This document shows positions 26,714-37,149 of a stretch of 64,000 nt of DNA, piece after piece. The translations under genes were made by a program, and so were the position numbers. The notes under the pieces are model-generated. The model did no database searches, had not been told where the DNA came from, and was given only the letters and a program-made list of their open reading frames with translations. The DNA is from Setoptus koraiensis (lineage: Eukaryota > Animalia > Arthropoda): NCBI GenBank assembly GCA_048013815.1, contig CM106585.1:23560001-23624000 (forward strand), written 5' to 3'. Every line of letters begins with the position of its first letter. Positions within the stretch are counted from its first letter, which is position 1.

Positions 26714-26790
26714 CACATACAACCCGACGTACCCCACACAACCCGACGTACCCCACACAACCCGACGTACCCCACACAACCCGACGGGAC
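26714..26790. repeat. 19-bp minisatellite, 4 copies (ACAACCCGACGTACCCCAC), in a GC-rich patch
   Basis: AACCCGACG recurs at 26721, 26740, 26759 and 26778. Confidence 0.92.
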
Positions 26791-27998
26791 CCCATATAAT
26801 CGAACGGAACCCAGCGGAACCCAATGTGAGACGGGAGCAACGGATTCGTCAACCTATAGACCGGCATGAGGCGCTCGGGAGAGGGAGCGCTGACAGCCGA
26901 ACGGTTGGGGCAGCCTGTTTGGCACAACTCGTCTAAATCTTATTTTTATCAGTTTTTAAGATGCACGCCTTGAGGCGTCTTGAAAAATGTGTGCACTATG
27001 ACGGAATGCTAATTTGGCCGGGCCAATCACCAGTCAGCTAGGCAGTTTGTGTCAGTGCGTAGCGTCAATCTGTCCAATCAAAGATCGGCGGTGTCGATGA
27101 CAAAAGTAAACAAGGCGCCGTTATAATCATCGATGATGATATGCGCATCACTTTAAGCAAATAATTACGCAATATCAGGGCAACATATTCCGGTTATGGC
27201 TCTAACAGTTATGCAATAGAAGGCATAGTTATGCAATGGGGGGGGGGGGCATAGTTGTGCAATGTAAGGCTATGGAAAGAGGAGTCGTGTGATGAATTGG
27301 TGTGACACTTTAATAGTGGCGCTTGTCGTTTGCACACAAACACCCACGCCCGACAACGACAAAAACGCGACCATAATCAAACCGTTTGCTTGTGTGTCTA
27401 CGTTGCTGCTATCATGTCACATAGCGACGAGCAGCAGCCACGTTCAAATTGGCAAACTGCCTGCCAGCAATAATTTGATTAGCCTCACACATTACACACA
27501 CACAACAACTTGTCGGGCGCCCCATTTTAAGCTTGTCACAGCATTGTGTTGGTGGCGCGATTGGCCAATGCCCGAACATCTAGCGGCAAGCGATTAGTTA
27601 TTTGGCTGCTCGCTTGTTTGCTGCTGCAGTGGCTGGCGTGATTGCAAGAGGCGTTCGAGTTTTGGTTTGAGCGCTCGAGCTCGAGTTCGAGTTTGAGTTG
27701 TCGAAGCCACAAACAGCCAGATATTGCAGTGGGTCGCAATGGCGCATCGATCGCTTTTGTCGCAGTCGCCATAGGTCGCAATTGTTGGCTCCAATGAAGG
27801 GTGTTTATCATATTTAAAGTGCCCATCCAATGAGCTGTCATGCAAACAATCTGGCTGCTGTCATGCAGCAAACAGCGAATGGCAAATAAAAAGACGACAC
27901 ATACCAATAATTAGAATATTTGTCGCACAGATCGGCAGTATTGCGCTAATTATGCGACCAACCACAGATAACAATGGTGACGTCGTTTGATTGAATGC

Positions 27999-28039
27999 GA
28001 TAATATTGCTATCGCCGGACGAGCGATAGCAATATTATC
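27999..28039. repeat. Perfect hairpin with a 17-bp stem and 7-nt loop, in the putative beat intron 1
   Basis: GATAATATTGCTATCGC-CGGACGA-GCGATAGCAATATTATC. Confidence 0.92.
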
Positions 28040-30505
28040 TGTTCATTATTATTGGCAGCGTCACTGGCCAAGACACGGCCCCATTTGAGACTATTTGTTG
28101 GTGTCGCCTGGAATGGCCAACAAGCGCCGTGAGTCGCTCAAAAGGACATTAGAATTTGAATTGTTGGCCAAATGCAAAATGTTGTATAACAAGAATGAAT
28201 TTGATGTCAGTCGCTTTTCATTCGTATTTAATGGCCAGTATATTTGTGTCAATATTGTATATTTGTGCAACAACAATATCACGCCACAAACCAATGCCCA
28301 AATGTACTAACTACTATTGCGTCATAGTGCCAACTACATAGTCACAAGTGAGTTACTAATAGTTATCAAACTGATTGTAACTAACAAAGGGTAATGTTGC
28401 TCTCTCGCTATCTCTATGACGAGAGCAATCTCCTAATCTGAAATGAGCACTTGCAGCGGCGTTGCGACAGGCGCCCATAATGGCCTGGCCTCTAGCGCTT
28501 ATCATTGGCCCTAAGTGCTCGCCAACATCCCGCCTCATACAGCCTATAGACGCACTTTGTTTGGCCCCTTTTTTGGCTGACTCGACTGCTCTCTCACATT
28601 GTCAACATTTGGGCTGGCTCAGTCGGCTCCAGTCTGGCCCCAGTCGGGCCCCAGTAAGCACCCTAGATAAACCAGAGGCCCACGTTTATTTAGGGCAACT
28701 TTGGGTTTAATATTCACCGCTTGTGACCAGACAACAAGCTTGAGGGCCCAGAAGTATTTGAGTGGCGATATTGTGACAACTATTTGAGTAAAACAACTGC
28801 CTTCTCTACAATCCTAGACCATGTTTGTTGCTCACAACATACGCCAAGTTGCAATAGCTGCAAACACAAATTATAAATTTGTGTCGAAGCGAACAATTTA
28901 AAATAGCAAGGGTCAATGTGTCGCTTGACCATGCCCTGCCATCTATTTGTGTTACGTAACATGCAGGTACGTAATGTAACTGATATCACAATGGCCGAGC
29001 AACCATAATGGTGATGGCCATCCAAAGTAATGATCCACAAATAGCGGCGCCAAGTCTTCTCAAATAGCCTGGCATGGACGCGGCCTGTAACACATTATTG
29101 TTCATGATCATTATCATTATCACTGCTTGTCATTATTATCGGCACCATTATTATTCAACATTTTGCACTATAAGCGCAGTCTAATGTTTTTTGTTGTTTG
29201 TTTGTTAATGTCAAGTCGAGTTCAATGTTGCAAACGTCAAACGTATAACAGGTCTGACATTACACGTAACAGTTTACGCTTGCCTTGTTGTTATTTGCTG
29301 TTCGCTTGTTGGCTAAATTGTGTATACACTGTAAACTAGAGAACAGGGGCTCCAATTAACTGTTTGCCGATCGATGACTTTTTGTTGCTTATACATGCGC
29401 CGGCTTGTAGATACGGCCGCTTCTGTTCCATCGGGCCATACGTAACCATTACATAATGTTGTTGTTGTTATTATTACATCGCAAACATTACAGACGAACG
29501 GACATGAATGATCATGATTGATCATTGGCCCCATCCACAATATGTTAACTCTCAGCTAATGCAGCAACAACAACAACAACTCACATTTGCACACTTTAAA
29601 GTTTAACTTTTTGCCAACAAAAGATTCAAGATAATGATAGATATTGAGTGATTGACTCATCTAGTGACGTTAGGCGCCTCGTTTGCCTCTGAAGAGGCCA
29701 ACTCATATGAGCAGTTGTACATCGCAAAGCGTTGTTACACCTCCCGAGGTGTCCGTGGTGAACTCATATCAAATCAAATGCGTGAGATCAGTTGATATGA
29801 CCCAAAGAGAAGGAGGGGCGCCTCTTTTGCAACAAAACAAGGCGCCGTGGGTGACACACTGACATTGGCTTGGTCACATTTGTGATCATTGCTTGCTTGT
29901 AATGTCCAACGGTGCAGCCGACTCGCTCAATCGATCAAGGCCCCAATTGTGAGAAGATAGGTGCACACAACAAGATAGTGTTTTAAGCTGGCTCATTAAA
30001 CTTCTAGACACTGATTGGCGGCTACCAAGGAACCCAATTAGTTAATCGGTTGCGTCGTAGAGAGCGGTTAAGTTTGGTTAGTCGATTGGCAGTGACGAAC
30101 TCAATCAAGCCGTTCTATCCGATTCCATTCGATCCCATCAATCCGATTGATTCCATGGATGTGTCTAGAGAGTTTGCTCTCTAGTGATATCGCAAAGATA
30201 AGATAGCAAGTCAATCGATCCAACTTGGCAACTGTTGGGCGGTTCCACCAATTCGCATCGATTTGTTGGCTTTTCGAAGGCACATGACGCCATAGACATC
30301 ACGTTGAGCACAATTGGCTCGAACTCGAATTCGAGGCGCGTTAAACGCTACTCGAATTACTATGAGATACAGCTAGATACAAACTTTATCATTTTCGCCA
30401 ATAATTAAGCGGACGCCAGCACTGCCGGTTACATTGTGGTAATAGGCAATTAAGATGACCGTGGAAAATGTATTCGCAAAAGAAACACGAAGAGGCGATA
30501 CTCAC

Positions 30506-30563
30506 CTAGATGGCTTGATTTAACTAGAAATAAACATATTATAAGTGGTAGGCTAGCGAACAT
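30506..30563 (-). CDS. beat: Probable signal-peptide exon 1 of the beat gene
   Basis: MFASLPLIICLFLVKSSHL followed by a phase-1 G|GTGAGT donor. It joins the phase-1 exon at 22564 to give ...SSHLADALKIISIGVP. This implies a 7.9-kb first intron. An upstream in-frame ATG (MTSSKRY...) is also possible. Confidence 0.6.
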
Positions 30564-32655
30564 GTTTGCAAGACAGTTGGCACAGTTGTGATATCTTTTT
30601 GAAGATGTCATTGCATCAGGCCCCAATGGAGGCCCAAATAAATGTAGGCTATGTCTGAGTGTTCTAGACATGCTGACCAACTAACTAAACGGATAATTAA
30701 AGATTCACTGGTTTAGGATTCACTGTAACTGAACGATTTAATGGTTGAATTATTGGTCTTTTGCACAATGTTGCTAAGCATAATGATTGTAATCTACCGA
30801 TTGTGGCTTTACTTGGCTTGCATAGATAGATAGACAGACGAGATGACTGACTGAGTCAGTAACGACTCTCTGCGTTCATTTGATTAAGACTGTATTTATC
30901 GACAACACAACTACTATTAGTCGTCTATTATCGGACTTTTCATCTTATTTTGTATTTGTTCTTCTCGTTCGACACCTTGCATGTGCTTGTTCATCGTTAA
31001 TTGTTGTTATGTTTGTTCATTGATTGTTTGTTGTATGAATATAAGTTTGAATTGAGACATTCGCTCTCTAAAGCGCAGCGAAACAATAACTGACACTGAT
31101 AAATTCACGGACTAACACTCGCACTAGACCGATCTAACGTTACGTAATATAGTGTCCACTGGAACTAGTTTTAATAAGATACGCGCATGCGTTTTTGGGC
31201 AATTCGTGGACCCCTCAAGTGAGATACTATTGCTCACGCTGGGCTACTTATTCGAACTGGGGCGCTCTCTATGAGCCGTTGTAAATATTACCAAACACTG
31301 ACACAGCAAACAGCTATAGATTGTCTAGTCTAGTAATGAACGACACTCGGCCATATCATCATAAAGTTCGCTGCTTACGTCACTAACTAGTCAGCCGGAT
31401 AGCCGGATATCTGGATATATTTAGATATACGCAATAGAGAGATAAATATGTATAAATTTCATTCAACTGAGAGGAAGAGAGAGAGAGAGAGGGAGAGAGA
31501 GCAACGCAAGTGAAAGGTGAACAATCGATTAATCACACACGTCACAATGTGACTCACAAGTTAGCAAGTTGGCATCGGTGATATATGATAATGAACATTT
31601 TAAATGAGCGCCATCAGGTAAGCTTAACTTCTCGTTGTATCGCTATCGTATGTGCCAAAGCCAACGAAGCTTCATCTTTGTTCGTAATCATGGCCTGGTG
31701 ATGATCGCAATTTGAGCAAATAAATCTGCTAATGGCGGCTAATGCTACTGCTGCGAAGAAGAATCGTCTTCGAGCAAATATAATGGCAATAATCACTGGC
31801 AGTCGCGATATCATGTGAAACAAACATTTGCGCTCTCTATGTAAATAATGCCTTGATCATTTCATAAGTATATAACAATAAATCTCTATTTGTGCAGTCG
31901 TATATTTGAAGGCATCAGAGTATAGCATTTGTGCGATGGTCTACGTTCCAATTCGAATTGTGTTGAATCAGCATGAACAACACAACAGATAAGAATTGGC
32001 GCTTCCTAATTAAATCAAACAACATGAACAGAGCAACATCAATTAAATGGTGTCGTTGCACTATTTACATTCGAATAAGACGCGAGCATTACATAAGACA
32101 TTAGAATATTATGAGACGCGCTCCCTTGTGGGTCTCTCGGTGTGAAATTACATAAAATCAAATAAACTGTCAGAATAAATAAAAGATGTATAATATAATG
32201 AGAATATGCATGTGCATTTTTGAAAAAGTAAACAAACCACACGGACATATATCACTATCGTTTGCTGTTATGCGTTCTCTTTTGTTGGCTGGCTTTTGTG
32301 TTGTGTTGTTTTTACACGTTCAAACAATATTGCACTAATATGTTTGCATAATAGTAATATTAGTTGTAAAATGACCATTTGCAGTAGAATTGGCGAAATT
32401 CGGCCTGAAAAACGAGATCTGATGTGAGACTGGCCAAGGAAATGGCCAGCGACCATTATCGGTCGATTGCGGTTTTCAGTATTGATTGGCGATGGCTCGC
32501 TTTGGACATTTATTAACCAAACACATTATTATTACAACACAATTTAGTGCAACGACAGCATCATCGTGGTGCTGTGCTGAATTGTCACTGTCAATTATTA
32601 TTAATTATACCATCTTCGCCTATTTGTCCACCGAAGTAGTTAATTAATGAAGAAT

Positions 32656-33278
32656 TTACTTGCCAACAATGTAATGGTATGGCGAGTAGTAGGTGAGAGC
32701 AGGTGCCGCTGCATAATGAGTGGCTATGGGCACCGTAGCCACATGAGCTACTGGGGCCACATGAGCAACTGATGCAACGTGCGTTGCAATTGGGGCCGCT
32801 GCCACGGCATGATGGGTCACTGTTGATGTTGTGTGACTCACTGGATGTGCCACAACGTTGTTCTTGACCTCGCTCGAGTAGGAGTAGCTGCTGCGATCGA
32901 TGCCGCTTACTTGCTCGGTTTTAACCTAATAATTTTAGTGATTATTCGAAAGAGCGAAAGGATAGGATGAGTTAGATTATTTGTTATTGTTACATCATCA
33001 TACGATCAATCATTGTTCTATTTTGAGTTGTGATTTATGGGATGTAAACGGATCACTCGGTACAAATCGTTAATTGCTGATCGGGTGCTGACACTTACCA
33101 CTGTCGTGGGGCTGTTTTGCACAACCTGGGACACTGTTTCTGTTTGTTGCACCACTGGCACTGTTTGCACTATTGGAGAGGCAGCGTACAGAATGCTTCG
33201 CTTTGGTCGGGCCTCAGCTGGGGCACTGCAAACAACTAAAGCCACTAGGGCCATTGATAGGACTGCTGATTTGAACAT
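32656..33278 (-). CDS. Secreted Ala/Val/His/Pro-rich cuticular-protein-like polypeptide without an R&R consensus, 149 aa. Exons 33278-33099 and 32925-32656.
   Basis: Signal peptide MFKSAVLSMALVALVVCSAPAEA. GTG|GTAAGT donor and TTATTAG|GTT acceptor, phase 0. Exon 2 reads VKTEQVSGIDRSSYSYSSEVKNNVVAHP..VAAAP..VAHVAPVAHV..YAAAPALTYYSPYHYIVGK*. AAP/VAH repeats and Tyr clusters are typical of low-complexity cuticle proteins. Confidence 0.85.
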
Positions 33279-33361
33279 GTTGATTTTGATTTTTTTTGCT
33301 GTTTGGCCTCTTAGATTAGATGAGATTGAATCTAGATGTTAGTTGCGATACTACGACGAAA

Positions 33362-33397
33362 GAATGATTCTTTCATGCTAATGAGCGGCCTTTTATA
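33362..33397 (-). promoter_or_regulatory. TATA + Inr core promoter of the cuticle-like gene
   Basis: TATAAAA (33397-33391) lies 32 nt upstream of a TCATTC initiator (33367-33362) on the minus strand. Confidence 0.65.
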
Positions 33398-33855
33398 AAA
33401 AAAAAAAGATAAGTGTAGGCACCTCAAGAAATTGTATACTTACTTTATAATTTTTTCTCAATTATAGTCAATTAGCACTGACTCAATTATTACCTGTTAG
33501 CTTGGCTAGTGCAGTGTGTGTATGGCTTGCAGACAATGTTGCGCAATCGCTGAAGTAGACACCGCATCATAATACTTGGCACCATGAGTACCATGTATCA
33601 ATAGCAGTAGTTGCAGCCCAAAATTAAGAAACTTGCCAATTGCCAAACAAATCTTCTACGTGCAACGTACAAGATTTGGCGTGCACGAAGTAAACGATTC
33701 ATCTACCAGCCTCAGATAATCTGTTTGCTGGTGGCACGTCACAAGCTGAGCCTTACACGATACTAAGGCTCATTTTGTGTAAGATAGAGACCATCGCCGT
33801 CTTTTCATCGGGATTCTATCTATCGCTGTCGGGCCTCTGTAGCGAGTTCACTCGG

Positions 33856-33921
33856 TGTTGTTTGGCAATCAAGATTTAGTCAACCTGTTGTTGTTTGGCA
33901 ATCGAGATTTAGCCAACCTGT
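33856..33921. repeat. 33-bp tandem duplication (2 mismatches)
   Basis: TGTTGTTTGGCAATCAAGATTTAGTCAACCTGT followed by TGTTGTTTGGCAATCGAGATTTAGCCAACCTGT. Confidence 0.9.
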
Positions 33922-34339
33922 TGTTGTTGTTGCTGAATATGCGTATGAGATATTTTGCATATTGGAAAAAAAAACAAGTAACAATAGGTTTGTTGTTTAC
34001 TTGCACGTACGGAACGCTCACGTTGAACACAAAATCAACTTTTCTGAACAACTCTCTCCCGCTCTGGGAGAGATTCTTTGCAGGCGAGAACCATTCACAC
34101 TGACAAACTTACTACAAATAATCCATTACATTCATTCGCTCTCACAACTGCGTCTATTTTTGTAAATGTTTTTTGCCAGTTTGTAGTTTTAATTAAACGC
34201 TGTCGTTGGCATATTTGGTGATATCACAGTTTGATTGATTATTCAACTTTAATCCCTACAGTCACAAGATTTTTCTAGATCTTTAGATTTTTAGTGATCG
34301 GGAGGGTGGGGAGGCATGAAATGACCTGCCAGTGAAAAC

Positions 34340-34557
34340 CTCCCGCTTTTCGGGCGGGAGAATCTCGACCTCCCAGCTGAACTCGAAAGATGAAACCCAC
34401 CGCCACGTAGCTGCTAGAAACTAAAATATGCGATTGAAACAATAAATAGGTATACAAATCTATATATATTCTTTGGTTCTTGCGTCTAAATGACAATCAT
34501 TCTCAGTTGTTTGATCTAAAGTGGGAGGATGAGATTCTCCCGCTTGAAAAGCCGGAG
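34340..34557. repeat. GC-rich 35-bp inverted repeat pair (34340-34374 / 34523-34557, 30 of 35 identical). The left arm contains an internal 7-bp hairpin.
   Basis: The reverse complement of CTCCCGCTTTTCGGGCGGGAGAATCTCGACCTCCC aligns to GGGAGGATGAGATTCTCCCGCTTGAAAAGCCGGAG. Confidence 0.85.
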
Positions 34558-34910
34558 ATGGGATCAGGTAGACCGGGAAAATCTTGATGGAGGCGCGCGT
34601 AAATTACATCCGGTATACTGATGGAGTACTGACACCTGCGCCAGTTAGTACAATGATATTCTTTGATTTTTTTCAAAATATCAACAGCATCGGCCAATGT
34701 ATCACAATCAGGTAGTTTTTTTCTACAAGATGGTTCATTTGAAAGATTAAATATAATTTGCCACAAGAATACCTCGTCCAGATGTTCGGGTATAGGTGTA
34801 TTGGGGAGCATACATGTATGATTTAGAATTTCTCTCGGCGATGATCAGTCACACATTCTCCTCGGCACCCAATTGTTTAAATGGGTTGGGTTTCCAATTG
34901 GTTCCTCTGA
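34555..34910 (-). pseudogene. SIRT1: Truncated, disrupted SIRT1/Sir2 fragment
   Basis: Reads NWVPRRMCD*SSPREILNHTCMLP..IPEHLDEVFLWQIIFNLSNEPSCRKKLPDCDTLADAVDILKK / frameshift / SKNIIVLTGAGVST / frameshift / IPD-VIYARLHQDFPGLPDP. This matches the SIRT1 N-terminal helical module and GAGxS motif. It carries an in-frame TGA, an extra A in the A7 run (34666-34672), a second frameshift and loss of FRSxxG, and homology stops after PDP. Confidence 0.85.
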
Positions 34911-35273
34911 CAAGCAGTCAATGTCGAAGTTTGAGTGTTGTAGAAGAATAGCGAAAATAGAATGAACTGTTTATGCACTTGGTTAGTTAATTCTTGCGTG
35001 TCATCTGCGCGTGCCTCGATTCGCTGCAGCGCCAAATACAATTCACAAAAAACAATTGTATTTGGCGCCATGGAACTTTTGAGCATGCGCAGATTGTGCG
35101 CAGGGAAAAACTGGAACGTTCGGTACCACAGTGTACCAGTATCAATGCATATTGCATATTTGTTTTCTTTTTACTATTGGCAGCTCTATGACGAGACGTC
35201 TATCTCCTGTACATGACGCCATCTGAGCCCTTTTAAAAATATTTATACCCAGTATATACATAGTTATTACATA

Positions 35274-37070
35274 ATGCCGGAATCGGATACCTCCGGAGGC
35301 CACACTGAGGACGTTGCTATTGAATTTAGTCAATCTATCAGCAACAACGACAACAAACAGAATGACACAAAAGGAACCTATAGACAAAAGTACAAGAGAG
35401 CATGGGAACTGGATACAGAGTTGAGAGATTGGCTGTCACCATGTTTAGGCGACCAATTTGCAGCGTTCTGCAAATTTTGCAGATGTAAATTGCATGCTCA
35501 CAAAAAAGGACTATTGGCACATGCTAAATCGTGCAAACACAGAAAGCATTTACTCAATCCCAATGACAGCTCAGTTATTGTTGCCTCCAATGATAGCCAT
35601 ATTGTTGATCAATCGACCTCATCCAATGATGGTCTTGCTCTTAAGAAACAAAGAAAATCCAGCCCACACAATTTTAATGATAGCTGGCTAAACGACCCCC
35701 TATTTGCACCTTGGCTGCGCAAGGTTCAAACGAACCTCAGTAAAGCGTTATGTATTGCTTGTCGGTGCGTTATAACAGCCGGCAGGAGTGAGTTGTTAAA
35801 GCACAGCCAAGCTGCCAAGCATAAAAAGGCAGCTCTAGATGGACCATTTGAAGAAGTCGGTGAAATCGATCTAGATTGGTTAGATCCATCTTTCAATCCA
35901 CCTAGCAACATTTCAGCCAACACTACAGTATTGAATATTCCTTCTGTGTCTTATAATCAAATGCCAATGATTGCCAAGGGATCAGCGCAGATACAACTGC
36001 CCGGATTGCCTCTAAATGAAGTGCTACAAAACTTAAACGAGCATGTCCCATTAATGCTAGCAGAAAGTTGGGATAATGTGGGTGTAATAACTCAGCCGAC
36101 TCAACCTATTAAGGTATATAACATACTATTAACAATCGATCTCAATGAAAAGATCGTCGAAGAGGCCCTAAAGAAACAAGCTCAGTTTATAATCAGCTAT
36201 CATCCACCAATATTTAGGCCTGTTAAAAGTTTAAACCCCTCGAATTGGATGGACAAGGCCATACTGATGTGCATTGAGAATCGTATCGCAGTGTATTCAC
36301 CACATACCGCCTTGGATGCAGTCAAAGGAGGTATTAACGATTGGCTTATATCCGCTTTTCTAACTGGAGACACGAACAAAATTCGCCCTATTAAACATTC
36401 ACGCGATAACAGGTACACAGCCTATATCGAAGCACTGCTCCCGGAGAGCCAAAATGAAATTACGCAAGCCCTCCAAGGTGTCAAAGGAGTCGATAGAATG
36501 GTGCTTGCTGTCAATCCGAATGTGGAGTACGGAGGATCAGATGTGAGAGCCTCTTGCGACGATGACACGTTACCCGAGATATATGAGGTTTTGCTCAACA
36601 GTCCCACCGTTCAAAGTCCTGTAGCACAATTCTGCAATAGGGTCACCAAACTTGTTTCTCCTCCGATACCAGGTGTCGGTTTGGGTCGTCTACTAACTCT
36701 GGATTCTTCTTTGCCTCTGTACGAGGTTGTTCATCGAATGAAACAACACCTGGATCAAACTAATGTAAGACTTGCGCTCTCGCCTAGACACACTAGAGAT
36801 ACAAAAGTGACTACCATCGCAGTTTGTGCTGGATCTGGAGGAAGCATTCTGAAAGGTTGTTCTGCAGATGTATGGATAACTGGTGAGATGTCACACCACG
36901 AGGTTTTAGATGCTATCCATAGAGGATCGTCGGTGATACTATGCGAGCATAGCAACACCGAGCGTGGTTTTCTCAAACAATGGTCCAAGCAGTTGAAGTC
37001 AGAGGTTCTCAATGACGTAGTAAATGTTATTCTATCTGAGATTGACAAGGATCCTGTAAGGATCGTGTGA
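35274..37070 (+). CDS. NIF3L1: NIF3-like protein 1 (DUF34/YbgI family) with an N-terminal extension carrying two C2H2 zinc fingers, 598 aa, intronless
   Basis: Residues ~245-598 contain AESWDNVG, ISYHPPIFRP, YSPHTALDA, AVCAGSGGS, TGEMSHHEVLDA and CEHSNTERGFL, so the metal-ligand His/Asp/Glu residues are present. Residues 36-91 and 132-185 each contain W-x8-WL..C-x2-C-x13-H-x5-H. Confidence 0.93.
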   Translation: MPESDTSGGHTEDVAIEFSQSISNNDNKQNDTKGTYRQKYKRAWELDTELRDWLSPCLGDQFAAFCKFCRCKLHAHKKGLLAHAKSCKHRKHLLNPNDSSVIVASNDSHIVDQSTSSNDGLALKKQRKSSPHNFNDSWLNDPLFAPWLRKVQTNLSKALCIACRCVITAGRSELLKHSQAAKHKKAALDGPFEEVGEIDLDWLDPSFNPPSNISANTTVLNIPSVSYNQMPMIAKGSAQIQLPGLPLNEVLQNLNEHVPLMLAESWDNVGVITQPTQPIKVYNILLTIDLNEKIVEEALKKQAQFIISYHPPIFRPVKSLNPSNWMDKAILMCIENRIAVYSPHTALDAVKGGINDWLISAFLTGDTNKIRPIKHSRDNRYTAYIEALLPESQNEITQALQGVKGVDRMVLAVNPNVEYGGSDVRASCDDDTLPEIYEVLLNSPTVQSPVAQFCNRVTKLVSPPIPGVGLGRLLTLDSSLPLYEVVHRMKQHLDQTNVRLALSPRHTRDTKVTTIAVCAGSGGSILKGCSADVWITGEMSHHEVLDAIHRGSSVILCEHSNTERGFLKQWSKQLKSEVLNDVVNVILSEIDKDPVRIV

Positions 37071-37149
37071 ATAGAAAGTTCGAGTTGTAAATACATACTT
37101 TTATATATATAACGTAATATTCAATTAATAATATTTATTACTTTGATTA

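Noticed and set aside
4730-26790. Short tandem arrays (17, 14, 16 and 19 bp) considered as CRISPR-like
   Set aside because: They are head-to-tail with no unique spacers, the context is eukaryotic, and there are no cas genes.
34370-34420. Hammerhead-like string CTGAACTCGAAAGATGAAAC
   Set aside because: The CUGANGA core is broken, and stems I and III cannot be formed convincingly.
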